Part shown: positions 25,362 to 34,869 of the stretch, piece by piece
Layout: each line of letters opens with the position of its first letter
Position numbering within the stretch: the stretch's first letter is position 1
Virus record (IMG/VR): IMGVR_UViG_3300027545_000001
Location: 501-64,500 of that record
Reading direction: 5' to 3' (one strand)
From: a virus
DNA: 64,000 nucleotides
Made by a program: the position numbers and the translations under genes
Notes under the pieces: generated by a model
The model's input: only the letters and a program-made list of their open reading frames with translations
The model's database searches: none
What the model was told of the DNA's origin: nothing

Positions 25362-26117
25362 TTACCATCCTCGTATCTCCTTTATGATCTTCCTTGCCGT
25401 CTTGACTCCTAGTCTAGGCAGCTTCAGCCAGTCCATCTCACTTGAGTTAGCTAAGTTAATAGGCAGTTTGAATAACTCCTCTGCCTGCAAGCTATGCTTG
25501 ACTCCGATATCCTCTATGTCACTCGCCCACTTTCTCACTAGCGTTGGCTTGCCCCTCATGTCTGGGATGCAGAGCTTCTGTACCTCCAGCATCGAGGTGT
25601 GACTCTCCCAGGGTTTCTGGAAGTAACTGTAAATAGAGGATATATTGAACGCAGTATGTATCAAGTCGCGGCTCTGAGAGATTAATACACCTGACATTGA
25701 AACACTTAGTAAGTAGTTGAATAGCTTCGTATAGAGTGTCCTGCTGCTCCTGTACTTGCAGAATCCCCATGATGTTCCTCCATTGAATCCTTCCATCAGC
25801 CAGCCCTCTGGGTCATGTGGTCGCCAGCAGCCCTCTAACATAAGGATGCTGACCTGATACATCTGACCCATACCTACCTTCTGGTGTGCTGAGTACCTAC
25901 TGTCGTCTATACAGTTGAGCATGTCGTGCAGAGTCTTACGCTCTATGCCGATCATGATCTTACCGTGAGGCCCATTGCCCTCGAATGCAGCATCAGCAAA
26001 CTCTAATGCACCCTTATCACAACTGATACCTATGCGCCGGATATGTGAGATGAGCTTATCCACAGTGGTTAGATCACGCTGTTTTTCAGCCCCAGACCTA
26101 TAATCAACGAGGATCAT
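25362..26117 (-). CDS. ERCC4/XPF-family nuclease with C-terminal HhH
   Basis: ILVDYRS...IGIERKT..D...LMLEG; LPRLGVKTARKI. Confidence 0.8.
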   Translation of the reverse strand: MILVDYRSGAEKQRDLTTVDKLISHIRRIGISCDKGALEFADAAFEGNGPHGKIMIGIERKTLHDMLNCIDDSRYSAHQKVGMGQMYQVSILMLEGCWRPHDPEGWLMEGFNGGTSWGFCKYRSSRTLYTKLFNYLLSVSMSGVLISQSRDLIHTAFNISSIYSYFQKPWESHTSMLEVQKLCIPDMRGKPTLVRKWASDIEDIGVKHSLQAEELFKLPINLANSSEMDWLKLPRLGVKTARKIIKEIRGW

Positions 26118-26244
26118 AAGCAAATATTGACCACCCTACAGATACCATGAGTACAGCAGTTAACTCTAAGTTCCCACCCATATGGCAGTAAGCGGCTATG
26201 CCTATACCACCAAGAATGAGGACAAATGCTACTAAGTACTTCAT
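26104..26244 (-). CDS. 46-aa two-TM protein
   Basis: Hand-translated MKYLVAFVLILGGIGIAAYC...; ATGA overlap with the ATPase stop. Confidence 0.5.
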   Translation of the reverse strand: MKYLVAFVLILGGIGIAAYCHMGGNLELTAVLMVSVGWSIFAYDPR

Positions 26245-27116
26245 AGACTCCATTCCTTCATATCCACCTCGGGATAGATAGCGGACACTAATCCTCTGAA
26301 GTTACAGTCATCACCTATTAACTCCATTCCCTCTAGGCTTCGGTTATGCTTACACTTCAGGAGCCTAATACCAAACGTGCCAGGAACCTCCTTATGCGTG
26401 ATTCCGTTAATGCGTGGCGGATTATAAAAGTGCCGTAGTTGTATCTGCCATAAGTAGTCCTGATCGGGGAATCCTTGGCGCACTTTGTTGCCAGTCTTTC
26501 TCTTGGTGTCGCTGCCATCTCTCTCCTTCATTGGCTGCCCAGCTGAGTCAGTCACAGTCAGATACTCATCTCTTATCTTGTTGGTGCCAATAACTATCTT
26601 GCCTGAGTCCCATGCTCTAGCTGTCATAGCCCGCCGTCCAGCATAGACATCTCCATACTTAGTCTGCGGCCAGACGTTAGCCAACTTACCGAACTCAGCA
26701 AGCCTCTGGAGTTCCCAGAAGTCGCTATCACCATCAATGGCTACTGTGACTGCATCAGTATTATCAAGAGCCTTATAGAAAGTGCTCCGAGTCTCCCTGA
26801 AGTAGTCTTCATACATACCCTTGGCAGTCGGCCCAGTGTTCAGAGGGACCTTTATTACCTTGAATGCAAACTGATCCGACTTACGCTCTTTGGGCGGATT
26901 AGGATTGTCAAGCAGGCCGTCAAAGCCACGATCTAATGCGATGAATATGCCAGGGCCTGGGCAGGAGAGAATGAACTCACTCTTGCCTGTGTTAGTCTCG
27001 CCTTCAGTGCCGATGAGCAGAGGCTTGAGGAACCTGCCATTAGGCAGCTTCATCCTGACACGAGCTTGTGCAGCAGGCTGGAATCCATCACGTAAGAAAC
27101 TTGTGGGCAGACTCAT
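26241..27116 (-). CDS. P-loop AAA ATPase (AAA_24/Sak4-like)
   Basis: Walker A GETNTGKS; FIALDRG; VAIDG; likely start 27116 (ATGA overlap). Confidence 0.7.
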   Translation of the reverse strand: MSLPTSFLRDGFQPAAQARVRMKLPNGRFLKPLLIGTEGETNTGKSEFILSCPGPGIFIALDRGFDGLLDNPNPPKERKSDQFAFKVIKVPLNTGPTAKGMYEDYFRETRSTFYKALDNTDAVTVAIDGDSDFWELQRLAEFGKLANVWPQTKYGDVYAGRRAMTARAWDSGKIVIGTNKIRDEYLTVTDSAGQPMKERDGSDTKRKTGNKVRQGFPDQDYLWQIQLRHFYNPPRINGITHKEVPGTFGIRLLKCKHNRSLEGMELIGDDCNFRGLVSAIYPEVDMKEWSL

Positions 27117-27724
27117 TCCATCCCTGCTTCTTGTGCTCGTCTGTACTCCAAATAGTCCATAAGTAGCCGCCAATTGTCGTCAATCTCTTGCTGTGTGAAC
27201 TCAATGCGCCATTTCTTCAGCATCGGCTTCATTGGGTAACTGTAGTCTCCATTCAAGAACAGTACATGTAACTCGGCAAACAGTGTATCTGTAGCCTTGC
27301 AGTAAGACTTGATCTGTGACAGCCACATGAATTGACTAGTCAGATCACCCACAGTCTTAGTTGACTTGTAAGTACTCTTGAACTCGTGTATTACCTTCAC
27401 CCACTTATATATGAAGCTGAGGCTTTCACCATCAGGCGACATATACACACCGTCGTACTCTATCTCGGACGGATGGTCTACTACATCAGGCAGTAAGTCA
27501 ACATATTGCCGCTCCCAGCCAAGCCCGATCAGAATCCTAAGCACTGTAGTAGGATCAGTGATTTCTCTAGCATCTACCAGTGATAACTCTTCAGCCCATT
27601 CAGGCTTGAGTATCCCCATCTCAGTAGCCATGCACCGTATAATGCCGGATACATGCTGCCCTGGAGATCGAGGGATCTTAGGTGGAGGCAGAGTTAGATT
27701 GACTGGGAGTTCAGTTACAACCAT
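27113..27724 (-). CDS. PD-(D/E)XK (RecB/Cas4-like) exonuclease
   Basis: SPDG...IHEFKST...QIKSY motifs. Confidence 0.75.
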   Translation of the reverse strand: MVVTELPVNLTLPPPKIPRSPGQHVSGIIRCMATEMGILKPEWAEELSLVDAREITDPTTVLRILIGLGWERQYVDLLPDVVDHPSEIEYDGVYMSPDGESLSFIYKWVKVIHEFKSTYKSTKTVGDLTSQFMWLSQIKSYCKATDTLFAELHVLFLNGDYSYPMKPMLKKWRIEFTQQEIDDNWRLLMDYLEYRRAQEAGME

Positions 27725-28176
27725 TATAGACTCTCTATTGGGTCTGGGTCAGATACAGCCACAATCTCTAATGGCTGTGGCCGGAATAACATGCTAACTT
27801 GGGGCTGTCGATTCAGGATTCTAAGCACACCAAGAAACTCTCTCTTCCAGTCAGAGCCTAAGCAGGCTTGGATTACCAGCCTTATAGATTCATCTATTTT
27901 CACGATTGAGTTATTGAGTTTGACAACAGCGTGATAGTTCCCACTCTTACTCTTAGAGATTACCCAACTCGGAGAGAACCCTTTCCTACCCAAGATTCCC
28001 ACTCTCCCCTTAAAGGTACTAAGAGCCTCTTCACTATCTAAGTCAAAGGTAAGAGTCTGATCGTCATTGGATATAATCTCTCTACCCATGTCTTGGGCTT
28101 GTTTGATATGATCCTTCTCACTTCGCAGATCATAGTTTTCACTGCATAACTCTTCTACTTCAAGTGAATAGTCCAT
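27724..28176 (-). CDS. Small protein with AEP/prim-pol-like motifs
   Basis: TFDLDS and SKSKSGNYHAVV resemble AEP motifs I and II. Confidence 0.35.
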   Translation of the reverse strand: MDYSLEVEELCSENYDLRSEKDHIKQAQDMGREIISNDDQTLTFDLDSEEALSTFKGRVGILGRKGFSPSWVISKSKSGNYHAVVKLNNSIVKIDESIRLVIQACLGSDWKREFLGVLRILNRQPQVSMLFRPQPLEIVAVSDPDPIESL

Positions 28177-28258
28177 TGTGATTTATCCTCTGGGGTCCCA
28201 CGTCTAACGCCATGAGACCCCAAGTTTTAGTCAGAAGCGCCACAGACTGACTAAACTC

Positions 28259-29191
28259 TTATGACGGCTTCACCATAGCCCCAGCCTTCTCATACCCCAG
28301 TTGGTTGAGTAAGCTATTAGCTCCATCGTCATTGGTGAAGTAGGCATCCTGCACAGCCTGTGCCATATCATCACCATAAGTCTTCTTCACGGCAGAGAAC
28401 GTACCAGTGCGGAAGGGTAGCCATGCCATACCCTTGGGATTCTTCTCCAACACTTCAGAGCCAGAGTTGACAGCGGCAGACAGTACATCTGCTTCGTCAC
28501 TGGCAGGAGTAGCCTTAGTCCCAGGCTTGCTGATTGGAGTAGGCTTGACAGCCCCATTTACCTTAGTGACCGGCACTGCTGTAGCACCAGTTGGAATACC
28601 ACCAGTGCCTTCCCACGGTTTGCCGTCATCAAGGATCTCACTCACTACGGAGATAGTCCTGTTCTTTCTCTCCGTACCTGCATTCTCCATGGTGGCACTA
28701 CCGAAGCTCTTACGTTCCTCCGGCTCAGGCACATGTGCAATAACTACATGCGTTCCATCAAGCACAGAGATGTCATTACTAAACACTCCAGCCGGTAAGC
28801 CAGAATCATAGTAAGACTTGAGCAAAAGAGACCAGTTAGTGCTGTCGGGTAGAGTACTCCCAGATCCTCCCGGTATAGCCACGAGTGACTTACCCGTGTC
28901 TGGGTTGGGTGCAAAACTCTTGTGAGCATTGGTGCCCAGCGAGTAGAAAGCAGTATATGCCCCATCTCCCTGATGGCTAGAGTCACTGAGGCTGTGGGCC
29001 TTCACCATCACACCAAGTCTCGACTCACCCAACTTTTGACCTGCTTTGTTCTCTGCTTGAAACATCTGTACAGTGTGCTCTAGTGCATACTGCCCCGGAG
29101 GTATACCACCCCCAGCAGCATACATATTGAGATCACCGAAGTTAATTCCTGCCACTTCGACAGGGGGTGTTACCTTTTTAGCTACTGGCAT
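28259..29191 (-). CDS. Putative single-stranded DNA-binding protein
   Basis: GGGIPPGQY N-terminus, beta-rich region, flexible linker; position in the recombination block. Confidence 0.4.
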   Translation of the reverse strand: MPVAKKVTPPVEVAGINFGDLNMYAAGGGIPPGQYALEHTVQMFQAENKAGQKLGESRLGVMVKAHSLSDSSHQGDGAYTAFYSLGTNAHKSFAPNPDTGKSLVAIPGGSGSTLPDSTNWSLLLKSYYDSGLPAGVFSNDISVLDGTHVVIAHVPEPEERKSFGSATMENAGTERKNRTISVVSEILDDGKPWEGTGGIPTGATAVPVTKVNGAVKPTPISKPGTKATPASDEADVLSAAVNSGSEVLEKNPKGMAWLPFRTGTFSAVKKTYGDDMAQAVQDAYFTNDDGANSLLNQLGYEKAGAMVKPS

Positions 29192-29204
29192 TACTTTCTC
29201 CTAT

Positions 29205-29432
29205 TTAGTTGATCTTGCTTCTTAAACCATCTCTGATCCAAGCTCGTGCTGATGCTGTAACTTCTTGAGCACAGTCACCTGTACCACCGTTACCTAGTGA
29301 CTGCCAGTACCACTGATCTTGTTTGACCCCATTGACCCTCTCTACTCTACGCCAGATATGGTAAGGACCGCTCTTACCATTGTCTGCCTTGTAGTAAATA
29401 GTAATGGCGTCACTTGGAACATCTGTAATCAT
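29205..29432 (-). CDS. Hypothetical protein
   Basis: Start ATG lies within palindrome copy 12 (MITDVP). Confidence 0.5.
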   Translation of the reverse strand: MITDVPSDAITIYYKADNGKSGPYHIWRRVERVNGVKQDQWYWQSLGNGGTGDCAQEVTASARAWIRDGLRSKIN

Positions 29433-29440
29433 TACACTTT
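29424..29440. repeat. Dispersed palindrome copy 12
   Basis: TGTAAT-C-ATTACACTTT between the helicase stop and the next start. Confidence 0.95.
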
Positions 29441-31001
29441 ACCTCAGAGCAGGTGGCTGTGGAAGCACACTAACCGTCTTGAAGAAAGCATGAAAGCTTC
29501 TAGGTGCTAAGTGTCCATAGCGGGGTATGAACCATTCAACATGTGAGTCACCTATGAATCTTTCACTCCAGTCAGTCTTACTTCTCACATCCCTCCCCAC
29601 CTGCTGTACGAATCTCTGCATAGTTCTATAAGGGCGATACTCTGGGTCTAACTGCTCTCTTGCCTTCTGTATCTTAGAGGGCGGCTCAAAAGGTAACTTG
29701 AGTATGACAGTGAAGCGGCACTGATCGTTAGGGAAGTCATAACCTTCACCAATAGAAGGCGAGACTAAGATAGCGCCAGCGCCAGCGTTACGGAAGCTCT
29801 CTATAACTTCAGTAGGCGCCTCACCTTTAGGGTTAAGGATCATCCTAGAAGAGAATCTACTAGAGTCCTTAACTCCGGTCTGATACCCGAAGGAGGTTGT
29901 CTGTATAATTCCCTTGCGGTCAGTGCGCTTTGCAAGTATCTGGTCAAGCCTAAGCCACAGCATGGACAAGTCGTCTGAGGATCTACTATCGACTCGCATC
30001 GTGGGCACATAATAGATAGGACATCGCTTTGGATCAAAATCACTGTCGAACTCCTTGAAATCAAAGTTATCTTTGCCTATGCCACACATATACATAGTCT
30101 TAGGTCTAAGCGTGGCACTTACTATGATGATCTTAGGTACTCTGAACAAGAGAGCGCCTTCAGCATACTTACCCGGTCGGATAGGATCAAACTGATAGCC
30201 CTGTTCTAACTGCTCCACTATCCAATCCTGTGGGCTGGCAGTAGCCAGTGTAGCCAAGCGGCGAGTTAGGTTACGCATGTGAGTGAAGTGCTTCACCCAA
30301 GCTGGCTTAGGCTGCTTAGCTCCATTCAACTTACTCTGTGCCGCTAACATCTCTAACTCAGCAGTAGCTCTGGCATAGACAGCCCAACTCTTCCAGGTAC
30401 TAAACTCCTGTGACTCGGGGTTAGTGGGGAAGTCTAGGTGTAAGTCTTGCTCTATCTCCTTATGATTGAGTATGACTTGCATCGCAGAAGCCAGAGCTTC
30501 AGGGCACTGATGACCTTCGTCAAAGATAACTTGTTGTATGTGGTTCCAACCTTGACCGTACTTCTTACTAGCCGTCCACTTAGCATAGTTAGTAACTATC
30601 AGCTTAGATGTACTAGCCCGTAACTCAGCCTGACTACAAGGGCACGCCACACTACCTATATAAGGACAGCGGCTAGCAAAGCCTTCCTCACAAGTGTAAG
30701 TGGGGTCATCAGGCTTCATGTCACATTGATAGTTACGTCGTCCTCGGATATCCACCATACCTATAGGTCCGAAGTCACTCATCAACTGATCTTGTAGGCC
30801 CCGAGAGTTAGTAACTACTACAGTAGGTGTGTCACTCTCTATAGCATGAGCCACATAAGCAGGTGACTTACCGCTGCCAGTGGGGGCACATATAGCTACA
30901 GTTCTCTTAGTAGATCGTGACATCAGATCTATCATGCCCTCTTGGTTAGTCCTCCAGTCAGAGAACTTACTCGGAAGCCCGTATTGGTGTGGTGTCTTCA
31001 A
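29439..31001 (-). CDS. DinG/XPD-family SF2 helicase
   Basis: APTGSGKS; IFDEGH; SATL; EGYDFP; ILKLPF; QQVGRDVRS. Confidence 0.88.
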   Translation of the reverse strand: MKTPHQYGLPSKFSDWRTNQEGMIDLMSRSTKRTVAICAPTGSGKSPAYVAHAIESDTPTVVVTNSRGLQDQLMSDFGPIGMVDIRGRRNYQCDMKPDDPTYTCEEGFASRCPYIGSVACPCSQAELRASTSKLIVTNYAKWTASKKYGQGWNHIQQVIFDEGHQCPEALASAMQVILNHKEIEQDLHLDFPTNPESQEFSTWKSWAVYARATAELEMLAAQSKLNGAKQPKPAWVKHFTHMRNLTRRLATLATASPQDWIVEQLEQGYQFDPIRPGKYAEGALLFRVPKIIIVSATLRPKTMYMCGIGKDNFDFKEFDSDFDPKRCPIYYVPTMRVDSRSSDDLSMLWLRLDQILAKRTDRKGIIQTTSFGYQTGVKDSSRFSSRMILNPKGEAPTEVIESFRNAGAGAILVSPSIGEGYDFPNDQCRFTVILKLPFEPPSKIQKAREQLDPEYRPYRTMQRFVQQVGRDVRSKTDWSERFIGDSHVEWFIPRYGHLAPRSFHAFFKTVSVLPQPPALR

Positions 31002-31008
31002 CAGGATC

Positions 31009-31038
31009 AGAGTAACCCAACGTATACCACCCTGTCAA
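31009..31038 (-). promoter_or_regulatory. Promoter for the helicase operon, predicted leaderless
   Basis: TTGACA-N18-TACTCT-N7-TTG(start). Confidence 0.55.
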
Positions 31039-31274
31039 CTATTATTATTGAGAATACTTGTGTGATGTTCAAGCGCCTCAAGGAAGCTCTCAAGTCCCAT
31101 CCCTAATGCAGCACTCACCTTCTGTGCCACATTTAATGTAGGACGGCGCTTGCCCGAGAAGATGCGGGACAGATGATTAGGGTAGAGGCCAGAGGCTACG
31201 GCAATGTCTGTGAGGTTGATGTAGTCGCCTGCAAAGTATACGCTCTGGCTGCTGGGGTGCCGGTACATATTCAT
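31035..31274 (-). CDS. XRE-family HTH regulator (repressor-like)
   Basis: LTDIAVASGLYPNHLSRIFSGKRRPTLNVAQKVSAALG. Confidence 0.88.
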   Translation of the reverse strand: MNMYRHPSSQSVYFAGDYINLTDIAVASGLYPNHLSRIFSGKRRPTLNVAQKVSAALGMGLESFLEALEHHTSILNNNS

Positions 31275-31300
31275 ATACTACCACTAGGGTAGAGCTTGAG

Positions 31301-31317
31301 ACTGTAATGATTACACT
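31301..31317. repeat. Dispersed palindrome copy 13 (between divergent HTH genes)
   Basis: ACTGTAAT-G-ATTACACT. Confidence 0.95.
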
Positions 31318-31329
31318 CAATAATAAATA

Positions 31330-31359
31330 TTGACGACTGGTTGTAATTGGTGGTAATCT
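31330..31359 (+). promoter_or_regulatory. Promoter for the Cro-like gene, predicted leaderless
   Basis: TTGACG-N18-TAATCT-N6-GTG(start 31366). Confidence 0.5.
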
Positions 31360-31365
31360 TCTTTT

Positions 31366-31584
31366 GTGGCGAGACGGCAATTGACATGGGAGGAGCAGAG
31401 AGTGCGGCGCTGGGTGAAAGAGCACCGTGGCATCCTCACTCAAGTAGCTCTCTCTCATCAGCTATCCCCACAGTTTGTGCAGGCTGTAGCTTATGGCACC
31501 AATCATACAGCTATAGCTACGGCACCTGTGGTGGAGAGAGCACTTCGTAGTGCCGGATGGCCTGGAATTAGGAGAAGGCAATGA
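31366..31584 (+). CDS. Small HTH (Cro-like) protein
   Basis: LTQVALSHQLSPQFVQAVAYG; divergent from the XRE gene. Confidence 0.6.
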   Translation: MARRQLTWEEQRVRRWVKEHRGILTQVALSHQLSPQFVQAVAYGTNHTAIATAPVVERALRSAGWPGIRRRQ

Positions 31585-31859
31585 ACGTACATGAACATTT
31601 GATTAGGGCACAACAGAGCGCAGCTGCTGCTATGGAGATTGCAGAATCAGTAGCCCATCTCAAGAACCGTAGGTCTGCGGATGCTGCTACTTATGCTACT
31701 TATGCTGCTGCTCGTGCTAAGGCTAATGCTGCTTATGCTAATTATGAGGCTGCTCGTGCTGCTGACGCTGATGCTAATGCCGCTGCGAGACTAAAGCAAC
31801 AGGACCTAAATATGCAGATAATCCGTAGGCATCTACACTGCCCAGTCAATCTAGGGTAA
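31581..31859 (+). CDS. Ala-rich repeat hypothetical protein
   Basis: AGGAG RBS; YATYAAARAKANAAYA low-complexity repeats. Confidence 0.55.
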   Translation: MNVHEHLIRAQQSAAAAMEIAESVAHLKNRRSADAATYATYAAARAKANAAYANYEAARAADADANAAARLKQQDLNMQIIRRHLHCPVNLG

Positions 31860-31869
31860 GGAGAAGGGT

Positions 31870-32094
31870 ATGACAATGGCAGAGAGAATTGCCGAGCATA
31901 ATCAGATAAGCACAGACACAATCTATGGGCCACTTACCTATGATATGTATACAATCTGCGGCCATAGTTGCTGCCTATTTCTCCCCGAGTTTGGTCATCT
32001 GAATGATGAATACATATGTGGATCATGCGGCAGCAAATGGACTGTAGTTGACAAGAGTGACCCAGTTTGGTCTGAGATTTCACGGGGGATATGA
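31870..32094 (+). CDS. Zinc-finger-like protein
   Basis: CGHSCC and CGSCG motifs; AAGGAG RBS. Confidence 0.5.
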   Translation: MTMAERIAEHNQISTDTIYGPLTYDMYTICGHSCCLFLPEFGHLNDEYICGSCGSKWTVVDKSDPVWSEISRGI

Positions 32095-32252
32095 TGCCTA
32101 AGTTTCTAGAGGATAAATTAAAGAAGGAGTACGGCAGCAACAATAATGCCATCTATGGCACTATGAACAAACTGGGGGCCATGAAGGGTAATAAGATCAC
32201 CAAGAAGGGTGAGGACATGCAGAAGAAGCATGACTCAAAGATGAAGAAGTAA
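32091..32252 (+). CDS. 53-aa Lys-rich protein
   Basis: Hand-translated MMPKFLEDKLKKEYGSNNNAIYGTMNKLGAMKGNK...; GGGGG RBS-like run. Confidence 0.6.
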   Translation: MMPKFLEDKLKKEYGSNNNAIYGTMNKLGAMKGNKITKKGEDMQKKHDSKMKK

Positions 32253-32278
32253 GAGGAGTGGGGAGAAGGAGCAATAAA

Positions 32279-32962
32279 ATGCGCAACTTACAACGTGGCG
32301 GGCTGCTTATCGCAACAGCCCTAGTAGCAGTTCTTTCAGCACATGCGTCGACGGTGAACTGTGCCTCAGCAACCGGAGTCATCACGTATGGAGTAGCCAA
32401 CACCGACTCGTTTTTCTGTGGCAATGTGGTGTTCTCCAACTTCATACTAGATGCGGTGTCAGGTGGGGCTGGCAGTGTCACCATCATTGGTGCAGACTAC
32501 AACACAGTAACGGGGCAGGTTGTACTTAACCTTGATCCTGATCTAGTTAGTGACCAAGATGACCTGCTCACCTATCAAGCTGCTGCCTTCACAGGGTTCA
32601 AGATCACTGGTCTTGATGCTTCCATTGGTGGTGATGATGCTGCTATGGATGAGCGTGCTTGCCTCCTGCCTGTGCCGACCAGTGGGCCATCTGCTTATCT
32701 ATGTCCCAAGGGAACTCAGTTAGGGTCTATAGCTATAGCAAGTGGAGATCCTGATATGCCGGTGTTTTCTAATCCCTTTGGTTACATAGGGCCAGTCTAT
32801 GTAGTAAAGGATATTGGTACAGGCCCAGGGGGATCTGAGTCAGTAGTAAATCAGAGCTTTGAAACTGCCAATGATACTCCCCCAGTTCCAGAGCCAGCCA
32901 GCCTGCTTCTACTTGGTGGTGGTCTGTTTGGTCTAGGTTTATGGAAGAGGCGTAAAGCCTAG
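32279..32962 (+). CDS. PEP-CTERM sorting-domain surface protein
   Basis: Signal peptide MRNLQRGGLLIATALVAVLSAHA; C-terminal VPEPASLLLLGGGLFGLGLWKRRKA; AAGGAG RBS. Confidence 0.92.
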   Translation: MRNLQRGGLLIATALVAVLSAHASTVNCASATGVITYGVANTDSFFCGNVVFSNFILDAVSGGAGSVTIIGADYNTVTGQVVLNLDPDLVSDQDDLLTYQAAAFTGFKITGLDASIGGDDAAMDERACLLPVPTSGPSAYLCPKGTQLGSIAIASGDPDMPVFSNPFGYIGPVYVVKDIGTGPGGSESVVNQSFETANDTPPVPEPASLLLLGGGLFGLGLWKRRKA

Positions 32963-32974
32963 ATTCTTAAGGGG

Positions 32975-34177
32975 ATGGCTAAGGTCATCCCCATTAAGTG
33001 TAATCATTACATGCAAATCAAATTCAAATCAATGGGAGTCCCGATACTCTTGGTGTCTGACAACCCGGCACTACAAGGTGGACTCTCCCGCATGTGCCGT
33101 GACTTAGCCAGTCTATGCAGCACAATGCCGCAGTTCAGAGTGGGTGTATTAGGTAGAGGGTTAGGGCAGCGCAGTAAGTTCCCTTGGATAACCTATGACT
33201 TCCCCGAGTCTGGTAACTGGGGTGAGGATATCATAGAGCCTGTCTGGAATGACTTCGCAGGAGAAGATTCAGGTGTAATCATTACACTTGATGATCTATC
33301 CCGGCGGCACTGGTTCACTAATCCAGTTGGCATGTCTCCTCAGTTACAGCGGTTCCTAGGTGATGGCCGTAACTTTAAGAAGTGGGCTTACCTCCCGCTT
33401 GACTCTACTGGCCCCAAAGGATTCACACTCAGTGCTGCTGCTACTGACTGTGCTCTCAGGTATGACCGAGTGCTTGCGGCATCAGAGTGGGGATATAACT
33501 TACTGAGAGCTAGTGGTAGACATGATGCTGACTGGTTGCCTCATGGTATATGGGTGGATAAGTTTAACCCTTGGCCTCATTTATCTGACCCAAATGTATA
33601 TGTTGGATGTGTCATGGCTAACCAGTCCCGCAAGGACTTCCCTGCTGCCTTTGAGGCATTCGCTGTGCTCAAAGAAGAGTATGGTAACAGGCTCCGTATC
33701 TGGCTGCATACAGATGTGATGATACGATACTGGAATATCTATGCATTAGCTGCTGACTATGGTGTATCTGACTGCATAGAGGTAACACAGGATAAAGATG
33801 ATAAACAGCTTGCTCTACATTACTCTGCTTGTGACTGCACTATCCTCCCTTCTGCTGGGGAAGGATTCGGATTCCCTACTGCTGAGTCTCTTGCTTGTGG
33901 TACTGCCTGCATTGTTACTGACTATGCTGCTGGCCAAGAGATAGTAGAAGAGGAGTGCCGTGTTACTCCACTCGCGTACAGAATCGATACTCAACATAAT
34001 TGCAGACGTGCTGTGTTATCTGGTTATGCTTTTGCACAGAAGGCGAAAGAGCAAATAGAAAAGAAGCGTGCCGACTGGGGGTATAGGTCACAGGAGTTAG
34101 CTAACTCAGTGAGTCACCTTGACTGGACTAAGCTGGGTAACTTGTGGCGTAAGTGGCTGCTGGATGGAATCAAATGA
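32975..34177 (+). CDS. GT4-family (GT-B) glycosyltransferase
   Basis: NQSRKDFP; YSACDCTILPSAGEGFGFPTAESLACG; true start may be 33011 or 33032. Confidence 0.88.
   Translation: MAKVIPIKCNHYMQIKFKSMGVPILLVSDNPALQGGLSRMCRDLASLCSTMPQFRVGVLGRGLGQRSKFPWITYDFPESGNWGEDIIEPVWNDFAGEDSGVIITLDDLSRRHWFTNPVGMSPQLQRFLGDGRNFKKWAYLPLDSTGPKGFTLSAAATDCALRYDRVLAASEWGYNLLRASGRHDADWLPHGIWVDKFNPWPHLSDPNVYVGCVMANQSRKDFPAAFEAFAVLKEEYGNRLRIWLHTDVMIRYWNIYALAADYGVSDCIEVTQDKDDKQLALHYSACDCTILPSAGEGFGFPTAESLACGTACIVTDYAAGQEIVEEECRVTPLAYRIDTQHNCRRAVLSGYAFAQKAKEQIEKKRADWGYRSQELANSVSHLDWTKLGNLWRKWLLDGIK
32999..33011. repeat. Dispersed palindrome copy 14
   Basis: AAGTGTAAT-C-ATTACA at the start of the GT4 gene. Confidence 0.9.
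33272..33289. repeat. Dispersed palindrome copy 15 (intragenic)
   Basis: GGTGTAAT-C-ATTACACTT; encodes GVIITL in GT4. Confidence 0.95.
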
Positions 34178-34869
34178 CACACGAGGTAGTTAGTGTGATA
34201 TGCAGTGGGTCTAATTTGACCAGTCATATTGACAGAATCATAGACAATACTGGCAATTACTTCGCCCCATGTGTAGCATATGAAAAGCTACTCAGGACCT
34301 CTACCCCAGACATCATTATCTACATCCATGATGATGTGACTATTCATGATTCTAACTGGCTAGAGAGAGTTATAGATTGTTTTGATGTGCCTATGTATCC
34401 TTCTGAGAATACTGTGGCTGTTGGTCTTGGTGGTGCAACTCAGTTAGGTAATGGCAACCTCTACCGCAAGCCATACAACATTATGAACATGGCCCGCTAC
34501 GGCTATGCCAGCAACCAGACTGATGCCGAAGTGCATGGTGCAAGATTCACTGGAGTAAGAAAGGTGGCAGTCCTTGACGCTTTCTTCATGGCAGTTAGAA
34601 GAGATTGGCTTCTATCTATTGGAGGCTGGCCCGTCCGTTATCTTACTCATCACTGCCTTGATACTTGGCTGGCGTGTGAGGCAGCTAGAGCGGGGAAAGA
34701 GATCTGGATGGTAGGTGCGTCATGCACCCATCACGGCGGCGGCTCCTCGACTAAGGACACTTACAGAGATGCTAAGTGGCTACAGGGTGGGAGCCGTGAG
34801 CTTGACCACCGACTGCCGCATAAGTGGATCTATGAAAACTATGGGGATGTGCTTCCCATAATCATATGA
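34174..34869 (+). CDS. GT2-like glycosyltransferase
   Basis: IIYIHDDV; VLDAFFMAVRR; HHGGGSS; ATGA overlap. Confidence 0.75.
   Translation: MTHEVVSVICSGSNLTSHIDRIIDNTGNYFAPCVAYEKLLRTSTPDIIIYIHDDVTIHDSNWLERVIDCFDVPMYPSENTVAVGLGGATQLGNGNLYRKPYNIMNMARYGYASNQTDAEVHGARFTGVRKVAVLDAFFMAVRRDWLLSIGGWPVRYLTHHCLDTWLACEAARAGKEIWMVGASCTHHGGGSSTKDTYRDAKWLQGGSRELDHRLPHKWIYENYGDVLPIII

Noticed and set aside
27113-27724. Cas4 as part of a CRISPR system
   Set aside because: Context (ATPase, SSB-like, ERCC4) indicates a phage recombination exonuclease, and the four Fe-S cysteines of Cas4 are absent.
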